This document shows positions 40,175-55,475 of a stretch of DNA of 64,000 bases, in pieces. Origin of the DNA: Eledone cirrhosa (lineage: Eukaryota); contig OZ024740.1 of NCBI GenBank assembly GCA_964016885.1, positions 112,406,001-112,470,000 of the forward strand, written 5' to 3'. Made by a program: the position numbers and the translations under genes. A model generated the notes under the pieces. It did no database searches and was not told the DNA's origin. It worked only from the letters and a program-made list of their open reading frames with translations. The stretch's first letter is position 1. Each line of letters begins with the position of its first letter.

Positions 40175-40410
40175 CTTCAAAATATTAATAAATATAGACA
40201 TTCATGTGATCAAATATATTTTATTATACATATTTCAGAGGTACTGAGCTATTTCAACAGTACGTCCTCATAGTCAAGGTACGTCAGGCATCAACTTATT
40301 TTATCTGATGAGGACGTACTGTTGAAATAGCTCAGTACCTCTGAAATATGTATAATAAAATATATTTGATCACATGAATGTCTATATTTATTAATATTTT
40401 GAAGTAATAT
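40169..40410. mobile_element. Fold-back Penelope-like fragment, 103-bp inverted arms, abutting (TA)n
   Basis: Arms 40169-40271 and 40308-40410, 36-nt spacer. Confidence 0.75.
40297..40362 (+). ncRNA. Putative type I hammerhead ribozyme with minimal stem III
   Basis: Stem I TATTTTAT/ATAAAATA (8 bp), core CTGATGA (40305-40311), stem II GGA-C-GTACTG/CAGTAC-C-TCT, GAAA (40343-40346), stem III T-ATGT-A, cleavage triplet ATA ending 40354. Confidence 0.75.
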
Positions 40411-40503
40411 TAATAACTCCAGAAAACCTAGCTGTACAGTGCTTCTAATCATCATCCTCATCATCTTCGTTTAATGTCCATTTTCCATGCTAGCTTGTTA
40501 AAC

Positions 40504-40614
<111 letters not shown>

Positions 40615-43528
40615 CAATGATTACATGTACCAGAATGTTTCAAAGATTGTTCCTGTTGTAATTCTGGGTTCATTCTATTGACATTAATTTGGTTTATGGT
40701 CACCATGAATATCCAGAGGTCGACATTTGTAGGAAATATGTGGACAGGGAGGTAATTCCAGTGGGCTGACATTCTGTTAAAGGAGGGTTGGGTGATGTGG
40801 TTAACATTTTGATACCAAACCGCCTGAAACTGCTTCTGGTTCTATGATACAAAGCTGCTTATTTTAAAATGTTTATGTTAATCTAAAAACCTTTCATCAT
40901 AACTTTTATACAATACCAGTAAAGTACTGGTGTCAATTTAATTGCCCCTACCGCCACCCTTAAAAAAAAAAAATTCACTGGCTTTGTTCCTATATTAGAA
41001 ACATGTATTTTTGTTGTTGTTGTTGCTATTAAAGAGGGCACTGGATTCGCAGAAGCATTAGAGCATTGGACAAATGCATAGCAATATTTGCTCTGGCTCT
41101 TTGCATTCTGAATTCAAATTCCGCTACGGTCAACTTTATCTTTTATTCTTCCAGGTCAATAAAACAAAGTATGTCAATTACTGAGATCAATATAATCGAC
41201 TTCCCCTTCCCCAAATTGCTGACATTGAGTCAATGTTAGTAAGAATTATTATTGTTATTAAAGTATCTGTAGAGTACTGGGTCGATATAATCAACTTTCT
41301 CCTTCCAACAAATTGCTAGCCTTTTGCCTAAATTTGAAATCATCATTATTGTTGTTGTTTTTGTTCTTGTTATTTACTGCTTACCTGTCCAGGTATGTTT
41401 TCAAAGAACTCTTCAAAGCACTGGATTTTACCATATAGAATTCTATGGAACAATGTTATAGAATTTTTCTCATAAAGAAATTCTCCTGAGTTTTTGGAAG
41501 TCTGCCTATACAGGGTTCAGACAAAAAAAAAAAGGTTTGTTTTTAGACAAATTACATTTGTTTTCCTTATTTTTATAACAAATATACACACAGTGGCTAT
41601 GTGAAATAGCAATAACAAATACCCCATCTCCAGAAAGAACAAATTGAAAATGAAGACAACCACATACAAAACAAACAAAAGATAGGTTTTAGAAAGTTGC
41701 TACAATGCAAAAGGAGCTTATGAATCATGAGACAACAACAATGCCAGATAAACTAGAGAAAGAGTGGAGAGGAAAATACACTAAAAAGAAGAAAAAATAG
41801 CAAGGGTTTCTGAATGTTACCTGGGAAATATTTAAAAGTTCCCTGTATTTTAGATAGAATATCCATTAACAAAGGAAAATATAAAAGAACTCTTCTAAAG
41901 TGACTTATACTTTCATTGCATCTGAGTGACTTTATTATTGACAGTAACACTAGAATGAACAAGTCTAACAAGAATGACACTCACATACACGTACGTAAGT
42001 TTTTTGCCAAATCAAATTCAGATGAAGCATACATAACTTCGAAGATACAAACTTTAGACATGCAACATTTAGATGAAAGAAAGACTGGATGGTAGCATTT
42101 GTTAGAATGTTGGATATATATCTGTTAGTATTTGTTTCGACTGTTTGAGTTTTGAGTTCAAATCTTGTCATCATCAGTCAACTTAGGTTGTATGTTGATC
42201 TAACTTGTCATCTAATTTAACACCGGGCACTTAGGTAACTTTAGTGGTGCATACTCTGATGTAAGTATTCAAACTAGGTCTCTGGTTTGAGGATTGCTTC
42301 CTTCCTTGGGGCTTTCACCCATCTCAAAGCTCTGAAATAATAAAGTGATGGGCATTATTCTTCATATTGACTAATGTTGGTGGTCTACATGATAAACACA
42401 GCCAGTACACTCTGTAAAGTGCTTGATGATAGGAAGAACACCCAGCCATAGAAAGTTTGCCAAACAAAGGGTTAGGAGGATCCTTTAGTTATGTTAAAGA
42501 TATGACAGTCTCCCTAATGCTGCTGATCTACTACACAATAAAAGTACTCAGTGCATACTGTTAGGGTATCAGTATCGAAAGCTTACCAAACAAGGGGTTA
42601 GGATGTCTCTTCAGTTTGTGACAGAAGACATGATAACTTCTCCTCTGCATTTGATATGATTGTATGTAAGACCCCTTGGTCTGTCTTGGACGTCAGTAGC
42701 CCTGCTTCAGTACTGACTTGGTCTATGCAGACCTGTTCAAACTTGCTAGCAAGGAAAATTGGGTGGTAAATGATGATGATGATGATGATGATATATCTGC
42801 TTCTCGGGCAGATTTTGGTTTCCAGCTCAATGCTTCTGAGTTCATATTTATTGCAAGGGTTGAGTTCATATTTATTGCAGGGTTGAGTAGTGTATTTGGC
42901 TCAGTTTGCCTACCTCTTGAATAATGGTTAAAGTCTAGAATCAAAGGAACTGTTAGATTTTCCACTGGTCATTTAAACCAAACTTACTGTGGCATTCATT
43001 GAAATCTCATGAGTAAAGAAAGACTGGCATCCTTTCCATGAGAACATCATCTCTCATCACATGAACCAGAGCTAAGCACTGACTCTCAAAAGATGAACAT
43101 ACTGCTTAATTTACAAAGATATACTTATATATATATACACAATCTCTGTTTACTTACATACTCCCTGCTCTGTACATACTACACATACACTCTCTCTCTC
43201 TGTCTTCCCCCTCTCTCCCCCTGCCTCTCTCTTTCACTCTCTTTAATACACAAGAAATCCCATTATATATGTATATGTATGTAAATAAATGTATACAAAT
43301 ATATACTCTAAAGATCATCTTTATTATGTAATTATAAGAATACATATATACAAAACCACCGACTGTTGCACGCATATTTTATTTGAATATATATACACAT
43401 ATATATATAAGCGTATATGTTTATATGATATATATATATATATATATATACACATGTATTTAAACATATATAATATATATATACATATATATGTATATAT
43501 ATATATATATATAATATATATATACATA

Positions 43529-43578
<50 letters not shown>

Positions 43579-44158
43579 TTCACACACACACATACACATG
43601 TACACACTCTCTCATACACACATATGTAGCCGTAGCCTGTACATATTTTATTTGATTCAGTATATTAGAAGAACATAATTAATTTCCTATTATTTTGCTT
43701 GCTAATTCATTTCCTCTTCCTGCTCTTTTAGTTCTGTGTCCTTCAGCATCATCCAATCTGGACCACTTCATCCTCCCCCACTTCATACAGACACTACACC
43801 GACCATCCACCACTTCCCTCCTGACTTCATACACATTCTACACCAACCATCCACCACCTCCACCAGCCATCCACCACCTCCACCACTTCATACACCCTCT
43901 ATACCTACCATCCACCCACCACCTCCCCTCCTATCCACTGCTCCATACCAATCTTCCAACAGCAAACAGGACACAGAGCACTTAATAGAGCTGTATATAT
44001 AGTTCATTAGAAATGATTTGCAGCGAACTTTCAAAGACCATAAAGCCTCCACTTTCCCCACACACCCTTGTATCATAGCCTCCCCCTCTTTTACTTATTC
44101 CCATTGATATCATATCTGATAAGTTGCTTCACTCAGCAAATACAAATATACATATATA

Positions 44159-44235
<77 letters not shown>

Positions 44236-44559
44236 CAGGGGGTTGGGTGAGAGAGATATTGCTGACTCAGTCAATCTACTGTTTGGTCCAATGTATGGAA
44301 TGTTATGTATTTAATCACACAAAGAACTATTGTAATTATTATCATCATCATCATCATCATAACCATCATAATGGTGGCAGCATTAATAACATTATGAGCT
44401 TTTAAACAGTTATAATAATAGCAACAGCAATAATAATAATGCTAACAATAGTCCGAGGGAGGGAGCAAGAGAGAGAGAGAGAAGAAGTAGTATTATTATT
44501 TGTGATAATGTCTCATTGTTAAAAAAAAAATCAGCTGTGTATTCATTCCTTCTTATAAT

Positions 44560-44737
44560 TGTTTCTACTTTTGGCACAAGGCCAGCAATTACTCAGTGTA
44601 TTACTGGTACTTTATTTTATCGACCCTGTAAGGATGAAAGACAAAGTTAACCTCGGAGGGATTTGAACTCAGACTATAAAGGGCCGTAACTCTTTGCTGC
44701 AAAGCATGGCGTCCGACCCTCTACCGATACTGCCAAT
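44560..44737 (-). mobile_element. SINE family A
   Basis: Near full length; TTCTTATAAT on both sides. Confidence 0.9.
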
Positions 44738-44979
44738 TCTTATAATGATGACTTACAATGTTTGGATTGGTTTCAGTGTTGTGATTTAAAGATTATGAAG
44801 CTGGCATCATTTAGCACAGACAATAACTAGTACATTCAGGGCCTAAGGAGCCTTTATATAGTCACTCAATATTTTAGAAATAACAAACTAGTTTCTCTAA
44901 AATTACAACTTGTCTTAAATAGGGAAAGACACATTTGATGATATTGCCTTAGATTTATATTTTACTGTATATATATATA

Positions 44980-45041
<62 letters not shown>

Positions 45042-45190
45042 TATAAATATATATATATATAAATATATATATAAATAATTATTAAGACCAGTTACTCAAT
45101 GGCACCATAATAATTATATTGAAAGTCACCCTACGAATTTCTGTTGCTCTATATTTTGGATATTTTTACCTACCTATTACTACTACTACA

Positions 45191-45234
<44 letters not shown>

Positions 45235-45255
45235 CATATGTATATATATATATAA

Positions 45256-45838
45256 GACAAGGTCAGCCGACTGGACACTGCCCACAACAGGACAGCCCGT
45301 CTAACCCATGCTAGCAGGAAGAACGGATGTAAAACGGTGATGATGATGATATATATCATCATCATCATCGTTTAACGTCTACCTTCCACGCTAGCATGGG
45401 TTTAGACGGGAATTTTCCCACGTGAGGCAAGATTGGTTGTCTTGCTCGTATATGACTGTCTGGCGGGTTTTCTACAGCTGGATGCCCTTCCTAACACCAA
45501 CCACGTTTAAGTGTGGACTGGGAGGTTTTTACCGTGTTACCTACACGGCCACATTATAGCGTGGACTGTGTTTTTTTTTTGTCGTGACACCTACACGACC
45601 TCATTTATTTAGGACTGGATGTTGTGGCACCAACATAACTTTACAGAGAAAGGGGTGGTGTAGATGGGGGTGGGGGTAGGGGTAGTGGGATGAGGGTGTA
45701 TTTTTGGTTAGGAGGTACCTACTGACTGTAGGTTTCGCTTTGTACTTAGGCAAGGCGGGTCTTCTGTATTACTGCATAGCACCAAAGATCTCGGTCCAGT
45801 GACAAAGATCTCGGTCTTGGAGAGGTGTAACTGTGTAA
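45256..45838. mobile_element. Two RTE-type 3' ends arranged tail to tail (45256-45350 +; 45356-45838 -)
   Basis: (GAT)n-ATATAT-(CAT)n junction; right element matches 98-570 including last ORF codons. Confidence 0.9.
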
Positions 45839-45976
45839 CTATATATATCATCATTTAACATCCATTTTTCCATGATATTATGGGTTAGACGGGTTGTCTC
45901 GTTTGAGGCAGGTTTGGTCAGGTGACTGTGTCTTGCTCTTGCTCAATGGGTAAATGTAGAAAAAAAATAAGTTTAA

Positions 45977-46169
45977 CCCTTTAACATTTGAATCTGTTGT
46001 ATCCAGCCAAAATACTTTCCCCTTTTTGAAACCAGCAGCTCACATTAAGATATTGTTCTTAAAATAAGCAATAACATCATCAAAATCTTGTTGACTTGAG
46101 ATTATATGAGATAAAGCCTTTACCATGAATATACAATAGTGAATATTGATTAATGTAAATGCTAAAGGG
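45977..46169. mobile_element. piggyBac-like MITE P1
   Basis: TTAA-CCCTTTAACATTTG ... GTAAATGCTAAAGGG-TTAA. Confidence 0.85.
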
Positions 46170-48182
46170 TTAAAATGCATTTGCTATCTTTATGAAGATT
46201 TATTTAAAATAATTTTACCAGTTTCATAGTTTTAGGATTTTCAAACGTTAAGTGAGGTGGAGAGATGTGTGGCTATGCCATGGTGTATTTCACCTCTGAT
46301 AGGTTGGGAAATTTCTTACCATTTCATGCAAAAAAAAAATATCGGCCCAGATATCCATGTTTAAAGTACAATTTGATTATGTGAAAGACTTTATTAAATC
46401 CCTAGTGCTGGTGCCATGATAAAATGCACTGTAGAATACAGGAACATATATAAGTGATATGCATGCCTCTGATTTGTCTGACTACTCAGTAAAGTACAGG
46501 ATTATCTATAAATTAGATGCTGGTCCCTGGCCTACCTATGAAGCTACTAGCTTTGCTTAAGTTCTGACTTGGTATATGAACCCTTGCCATCAATGATGAT
46601 GATGATACATTTGATATATTCAATATATATATCAGATTTGTATATTTCATGAAAAGGATTTTAAAAATTTCCATTAATTATTTCTATTATTATTGCTTTG
46701 CTTTTATAATGTAAATGATCTACATTTAAATTTTACAATAATACTGAGCTACTATAAACCTTTTATTTAAGTTTATTGAACTCTTTCATATGAAATTGGT
46801 CAAAATTGCTTCCAAAATGACTAAGTTTTTACTTTTTTTTAGATAATCAATATTGAATTCAGTATGATATAATTTAAAAAAATGTGGTTCAAATCTGCAA
46901 ACTAAGTTACGATATATGTGTGCCTTTGTGTGTGTGTGTATATATATATATATATGCAGCCATCATATATATATATATACACACACACACACTACCTACA
47001 TATGTGAAGCTCTCTCATCTAGTGGACTGTTTGTCTTCCAATTGAAGGATTGTGATTTCAATTCTCAGCTATACATTTGTGTCCTTGAGCAAGATACTTT
47101 ATTTCCTATTGCTTCAGTCTACTCAGCTACAAAAAAAAGTATGTTGAGCCTGTAATTCAAAATGTCAGTGAACTGCTCAGCCACTTGTACATTGATTTCA
47201 TAAGCAAGCTGTTATATTGGTCAAACAACTGTGACATTTGTAACCAGATCCATTGAAAGTTCAACATCATAGCATGGGAAACATATTTGATTATATTTAT
47301 GAAAGAATTGATGTAATTAAGAGCTTTTATAGAGTGACAGGACTGTTGGTATAATGGTATTGTGGAATGGTGTGGTAAGGAGAGGTTATATTTTTCTAGT
47401 CAATTCTTGATAATATTCAGATTGTAATACTAAATTCTTTATAATTAGTATTATGTGTGTGAAAATGTGTTTGTGATTGTTCATATGTTAACTGCTTTTG
47501 TTTCCATTGGTTAAATTTCTGTGTGTGTGCACATTTATAAGTATGTTTGTATGTGACTTGGTCAGTATGTTCATTATAAGAAGGGCATCTTGCTGTAAAA
47601 ATCCCAGCCAAAATACAATTTCATCTGAGCAAGATATGGCGTGGACAACCTGTCTAACCCATACAAGCATTGAAAAATAGACATTAAATAGTGATGATGA
47701 TGATGACACACAACATATAATATATATGCCTGTGTGTGAGTATATATGTGTTTGGTGTGTATATATATATACATATAGTATATTTGTGTGTGTGTAATGT
47801 GTGTTTGGTGTAAGTGTATATGTATATATTTCTATCTATCTATCGATCTATCTATATGTACCATCATCATCGTTTTACGTCCGTTCTTCCACGCTAGCAT
47901 GGGTTAGACGGGTTGTCCTGTTGTGGGCAGTGTCCAGTTGGCTGACCTTGTCTTGATGATACGGGAACTGATTCTGGCTTGATTTCTACAGCTGGATACC
48001 CATCCTAACACCAACCTCCTTTACAGTGAGTGCTGGGTGCTTTTTTGCAGTGGAATGATAGGGACCCCAGTCCCTATCATCTCATTTCTACAGCTGAGTA
48101 AACTGGAGCAATGTGAAATAAAGTGTCTTGCTCAAGGAAACAACACATCAAGTGTATATGTATATATTTCTATCTATCTATC

Positions 48183-48217
<35 letters not shown>

Positions 48218-48500
48218 TTCTATCTCTCTCTCTATATATATATATATATGTGTGTGTTTGCCATCACTTGATCAAGTTACATTTGACTAGATTTACGTGT
48301 GTGTATATGTGTATGGGAAGTTTTGTGTGTATATCTATAGTGTGCTGTGAAAGCCATTTGTAAATCCTCTGGAAGTTATCTTTTCTGTAATTCAATCTAT
48401 TACATAATCACAGTTTGTTTTCATATAATCATTAAAGCTTAAACTTCACTTCCATAGACAACATACTAAAACAGTCTCACTTGTTCATCTTTTAGTCTCT

Positions 48501-48580
<80 letters not shown>

Positions 48581-48854
48581 TTAGTTTGCTTTTCCTTATC
48601 TTTTCTCTTTCATTCTCTCTCTGTCTACTTTTTATTCTTTGAGAATATTATCCCATTGTCTACTGTTACTGGTTTGCTGCCATTTACTGTTGTTATTTTA
48701 AAGTGAAAACAAAGAAAACAAATTCTTTCGTAAAGAAAACCCTACAGTTTGTATGTGTGTGTATTTATCTCTTTCTCTCCCTCTCCCTCTCTCTCTCTCC
48801 ATATATATATATATATAATGTATATATACATGTGTGTGTGTATGTATGTATAGA

Positions 48855-48924
<70 letters not shown>

Positions 48925-49099
48925 ATGTGCGTGTGTGTGTGTGTGCGTGTGTGTAGTTAGATAAATCAGCATGTGTATGTGCGTGCATAGATTTATATAC
49001 ACATGTATACATATGTATACATAAACATCTACAAATGCACGTACAAACACACCTACAACCAAACATATGTTCCAACCCTTAAGCACATTTGGAAATTAA

Positions 49100-49232
49100 T
49101 AACTCTCTCTCTTTATGTTTCTCTCTGTCTCTTCGACTATCTCTCCGTTTCTCTATGTCTATCCATCTTTCTCTCTCTCTCTACGTTTCTCTCTTTTCTT
49201 TGACTATCTCTCCCTTTCTCTATGTCTATCCA

Positions 49233-49279
<47 letters not shown>

Positions 49280-49328
49280 CTACGTTTCTCTCTGTTTCTT
49301 TGACTATCTCTCCCTTTCTCTATGTCTA

Positions 49329-49373
<45 letters not shown>

Positions 49374-49525
49374 GTTTAACTATCTCTCCCTTTCTGTGTC
49401 TATCTATCTCTCTCTTTCTCTGTTTGTTTAACTATCTCTCCCTTTCTGTGTCTATCTATCTCTCTCTCTCTCTGTTTGTTTAACTATCTCTCCCTTTCTG
49501 TGTCTATCTATCTCTCTCTCTCTCA
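49100..49525. repeat. CT-rich compound minisatellite
   Basis: About six copies of ACTATCTCTCCCTTTCT(C/G)T(A/G)TGTCTATC separated by (CT)n. Confidence 0.85.
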
Positions 49526-50799
49526 AATTACACACATACACTTTGTACTTCAACCAACCCTCTACAGGGTTATGTAAGAGAAATGTCAGAATTTCAGAAA
49601 TCAATACCAATATATCAGTCACTCACCACCATTGTCTATTATAGAAGCAATTTGGTAATTCTAAAAATTCTTTCTATTTTGGCATAAATGTGTTGCTAGA
49701 CCGGTGCCATTTTCACCAACTGTATGAATACACACGCAAACCTTTGAGACTGGGTGTTTATATAAAAATACACTCTGCATAGGTCTGTTGTTGTTGTTCT
49801 TTTATTATTGTTAACATATTACAAGAGTGCAATAGAAAACTTGTTGATAGGAAATCTACCAGAGGTGGGGTAAGGTGACAGAGGGTTGGGGTAATGAAAT
49901 CAGTAATAATAGTCTGTAGTGTTTGTTACTGAATCAGTCCTAATTATGAATAAACGTGATTGAATAAACAACAAATTTCCTTATTTAAAATAAAAATCCT
50001 TGAACTTAATTCCATTAGTGGCATGTTGTTTTGGGTTGCTGGATGCTCCCTTATGGCCATGATTGTTTTTGTTATTGTTTTTGTTATTGTCCATGTTGTT
50101 GATCTTATATTAGTTACATTATAATTTTATTTATGTTGTTGTTATTGTTGTTGATTAGGTTTATAATATTGTTATGTATTTTAAGCTTATAGTATGGTTA
50201 TTATTATATATTTTGATGGTGTTGGATTGGTAGAGCATCGGACAACCTGCTTTGCAACATATTGCCTTTCATGCTTATGTGGTCAATAAAATAAAATACC
50301 AGTAATGCACTAGGGTCAATTTAACTGAAATGTCCTCTCCTCCAAAACTGTTGGCCTTGTGCCAGATGCTGAAACTATCATTAAGTATTTTATTACTAAT
50401 GTTCTCATTAGGGCAGTGGAGTTGTTAGAGTGTTGGACTGCCAGAATTTATTCTGGCTCCTTTACATTCTGAATTCAATCCCACCGAGGTCAATTTTGCC
50501 TCCTCGTTCTTCTAGGGTTGATGAAATAACCGGTCCAACACTGGGGTCAATACAATCAACTTTTCCATCTCCTAAATTGCTGGCCTTGTGCCAAAATTAG
50601 AAATCTTTCTTAATGTTACTGTTGTTATAGTGAAAATGAGTGGTGTTGTGGCGGTGGACTTCTGATCATAATGTCATGGGTTTAATTCATAACTGATGGG
50701 TCTTGACTAGAACACTTTATTTTACAGTGTTTTTCATGATAGAGTAGAGCCTTCCCTCACCTCTCTCATTATTGAAATACCTGAGAAATCTATGAAATT

Positions 50800-50984
50800 T
50801 GAGGGTTGGCTGAAAATTTGATAAGCTGACCAAGACACTCTCATTGAATGACCAAATGAGTTGTATTTTTCGACGTAGTTCCTGGAAAGAAATAATGCAG
50901 TTATTAATAAGAAGAGTTGAAATCAAGGCATGCAAGATTTCACAGTTCTAGCAGCACTCCTATGAATTTTTCTGCTGACCCTCA
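50800..50984. mobile_element. mariner-like MITE, degenerate
   Basis: Left TGAGGGTTGGCTGAAAATTTGATA versus right revcomp TGAGGGTCAGCAGAAAAATTCATA; TA at right end. Confidence 0.65.
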
Positions 50985-51086
50985 TACAACCTCATAGGAG
51001 GCCAGCTAAACCTGCATTGTTGTGTGCTGTAAATATCATTTCTTTTTCTAGTGTTGGGCAAATTTACAAGTGCCAAAGTAAATAAT

Positions 51087-51267
51087 TGTTTCTACTTTAG
51101 GCACAAGGCCAGCAATTACCCAGTGCGTTACTGGTACTTTATTTCATCGACCCCGTAAGGATGAAAGGCAAAGTCAACCTTGGCGGGATTTGAACTCAGA
51201 TCGTAAAGGGACGTAACTATGCTGGAAAGCATGGCGTCCGACCCTCTACCGATACTGCCAATCCACC
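51087..51267 (-). mobile_element. SINE family A with 17-bp TSD
   Basis: TSD GTGCCAAAGTAAATAAT at 51070-51086 and 51268-51284. Confidence 0.95.
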
Positions 51268-53309
51268 GTGCCAAAGTAAATAATGCTCTATTTTACCAAC
51301 CAACTAACCAAAAGCTAATGTGTTTCTTTCCAATCACTGGCATTATAATGGCTCAAATAATTATAAAAAAAATTATTATTTATTTTTTTCTGTTTAATCA
51401 GGGAGGGAAAAGTGAGGGGGATTTCCTAATGTTTGCAGCCAAGTGAACTTTGCTAATGGTATCTAAGGGTCAGGTGGTGGTGTTAAACTGGGCACTTGAT
51501 TATTAAGTCTACCATCTAAATCTTTATAACTGAATCTTATGCATATACATTAGATATATTCACAAAATTAGTCTATATAATATTACAAACATTACATGTA
51601 CACACTCACACACACATTCATATTATTTACATCTCTCTTAGCCTAATTTAGTAGTTAACAAACATACACAACTGTTGATGATCTGATTGCATGTATGTCT
51701 CTCCTGTAGCCTTTTTTTCTCTCCTCTTCTCTGTCTCCCTCACACACAGCTACACACCTTAGACTAACTTAATAGTTTTATATATACATTCAAATATATA
51801 TATATATGTGTGTGTGTGTGCTTGTGTAGATTTTATGTGGTATATGGGGAGAATTAGATCAGGAGTGGTAGATCAAACAAACGTTATCCTCTCTTCCCTT
51901 GGGTATATATTTGTTCTTCCTGTAATATCTTGAGCTGGTTACTGAAGCACACATACACTATGCCAACACCATCATTAATGTAAATAGTTACCTTAATCTT
52001 CTCCGTCAACTCATTTATATACATAGGCTCAGTAGGTTTTGTTTAGCACCAGGTAATCTTCTTCCCACCCCAACTGAGAAAACCTCTGATCAAAGTTTCC
52101 ACAGCCATGACCACCCTGGCTTATTGGTGTTTTTTTCAGACACAGTGTATCTTGGATTTTTTAATCCTTTCATTGCTATATTTCTAATGAAAAACTGCCC
52201 ATGATTTTCTAATAATTTTGGAGGAGAATTAACTTTGTCATTATTAAGCTCATGGTTGAAACATTAATTTAACAAAAGTTTCTTACATAAAATTATGTTG
52301 AAATATTTTAATTTAAATATAGAGTGTAACTCAAAAGTCAGGCACCATCCTAATCATCAATTGAAGATATTATGGCAAAGAGTTATTTTACTGGTACACG
52401 ACCTTTGCACCACCCTGTATGTTAAAACAAAAGGTTCTGTTGCATTGAAACAGGTGGTTTTATTCAAGTTGACATCAAAAGGATTAAACAATTTTCAGAA
52501 CAATGAAGATTTGGATAGGGTTTAGTAAAATATCTGTAACTTTATATATTCGTATATAATGTTGGTGTATACCAACTGAAATACCAGTATAATGTTAGGA
52601 TGGAATTTGAAAGAGATTTGGCAGCTGTTTCTACCAACCATATGGAGTCCCTTCTGTGGTTTGATGTTAAAAATGTCCCTGATAGCATCACTCCCTAAAA
52701 CCCTATTTATTTATTTATTTCTGTTTAGTCATCAGAAGTTCAACATCTATGACATACTTGAGGGTTTCTAAGTAGATGGGAGAAAGACATGTATGCTCAA
52801 CATGGAAAACCTGGCTCAAATACTTGCAATAGTGGGGATTTTGCTAAAGGCACCGAAGATCATGATTGGGGCGCTGCCTGTCCAGTTTTAGTTCTTTTAT
52901 TCTGTTTTGTTACATGGATATTTACATATAGATAATACTCATACATAAATCATATGTCTTTAATACTCATTACTAAAATACTTAATGAGCAGTTTGAAAC
53001 GGTGGGGGGGGGGGGCTACATTTTATCTCTGACCTCTTTCTATCACCAGTTGATGTGTGTGTTTGGCGGGGAGGAAGGGGGGGGGGGGTCATATTTTTAT
53101 ATTTTCCGTGACTTGATACCAGCTATTTGGTTTATATTTTATATTTGACTTGGACTTATTACAAGTTTGCTCATGTCTGCTATTACTACTATTGCATCAA
53201 TCACTATCATCAGTACCACTACCACCGCTACTACTACTACTACTACTACTACTATCATTACTAATACCATTATCATTGTCACTACAACCCCCACTTTATA
53301 CTATTATCT

Positions 53310-55475
53310 CTACCACCACCATTAATACCTCCAGTGTCACCACCACTAATACCTCCACTGTCACCACCACTAATGCCACCACGACCACCACCACCTCCAC
53401 CACTTTAACTGTCACCACCACGACCACCACCACCTCCACCACTTTAACTGTCACCACCACTAATACCACCACTGTCACCACCACCACCACTAATACCTCC
53501 ACTGTCACCACCACCACCACTAATACCACCACTGTCACCACCACCTCCACCACCTTCACTGTCACCACCACTAATACCACCACTGTCACCACCACCTCCA
53601 CCACCTTCACTGTCACCACCACTAATACCACCACTGTCACCACCACCTCCACCACCTTCACTGTCACCACCACTAATACTACCACTGTCACCACCACCAC
53701 TAATACCACCACTGTCACCACCACCACCACCACTAATACCACCACTGTCACCACCACCACTAATACCACCACTGTCACCACCACCTCCACCACCTTCACT
53801 GTCACCACCACTAATACTACCACTGTCACCACCACCACTAATACCACCACTGTAACCACCACCACCACCACCACTAATACCACCACTGTCACCACCACCA
53901 CTAATACCTCCACTGTCACCACCACCTCCACCACCTTCACTGTCACTACCACTAATACTACCACTGTCACCACCACCACTAATACCACCACTGTCACCAC
54001 CACCTCCACCACCTTCACTGTCACCACCACTAATACTACCACTGTCACCACCACCACTAATACCACCACTGTCACCACCACCTCCACCACCTTCACTGTC
54101 ACCACCACTAATACCACCACTGTAACCACCACCACCACCACCACTAATACCACCACTGTCACCACCACCACTAATACCACCACTGTCACCACCACCTCCA
54201 CCACCTTCACTGTCACCACCACTAATACTACCACTGTCACCACCACCACTAATACCTCCACTGTCACCACCACCTCCACCACCTTCACTGTCACCACCAC
54301 TAATACTACCACTGTCACCACCACCACTAATACCACCACTGTCACCACCACCACCACCACTAATACCACCACTGTCACCACCACCACTAATACCTCCACT
54401 GTCACCACCACCTCCACCACCTTCACTGTCACCACCACTAATACTACCACTGTCACCACCACCACTAATACCACCACTGTCACCACCACCACCACCACTA
54501 ATACCACCACTGTCACCACCACCACTAATACCTCCACTGTCACCACCACCTCCACCACCTTCACTGTCACCACCACTAATACTACCACTGTCACCACCAC
54601 TAATACCACCACTGTCACCACCACCACCACCACTAATACCACCACTGTCACCACCACCACTAATACCACCACTGTAACCACCACCACCACCACCACTAAT
54701 ACCACCACTGTCACCACCACCACTAATACCTCCACTGTCACCACCACCTCCACCACCTTCACTGTCACTACCACTAATACCACCACTGTCACCACCACCA
54801 CCACTAATACCACCACTGTCACCACCACCACCACCACTAATACCACCACTGTCACCACCACTAATACCACCACTGTAACCACCACCACCACCACCACTAA
54901 TACCACCACTGTCACCACCACTAATACCTCCACTGTCACCACCACCTCCACCACCTTCACTGTCACTACCACTAATACCACCACTGTCACCACCACCACC
55001 ACTAATACCACCACTGTCACCACCACCACCACCACTAATACCACCACTGTCACCACCACTAATACCACCACTGTCACCACCACCACCACCACCACTAATA
55101 CCACCACTGTCACCACCACTAATACCACCACCACCACCACTAATACCTCCACTGTCACCACCACCTCCACCACCTTCACTGTCACCACCACGACCACCAC
55201 CACTAATACCTCCACTGTAACCACCACCACCACTGTAACCACCACTGTCACCACCACCACCACCACCACTAATACCACCACTGTCACCACCACTAATACC
55301 ACTACTGTAACCACCACCACCACCACTAATACCTCCACTGTCACCACCACCTCCACCACCTTCACTATCACCACCACGACCACCACCACTAATACCTCCA
55401 CTGTAACCACCACCACCACCACTGTAACCACCACTGTCACTGCTACCACCACCACCACCACTAATACCTCCATAA
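53310..55475. repeat. ACC-rich compound minisatellite built from ACTAATACC, ACTGTC, TCC and TTC modules
   Basis: All length variation is in multiples of 3; reads as a Thr-rich frame (+) and a Val-rich frame (-). Confidence 0.9.
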
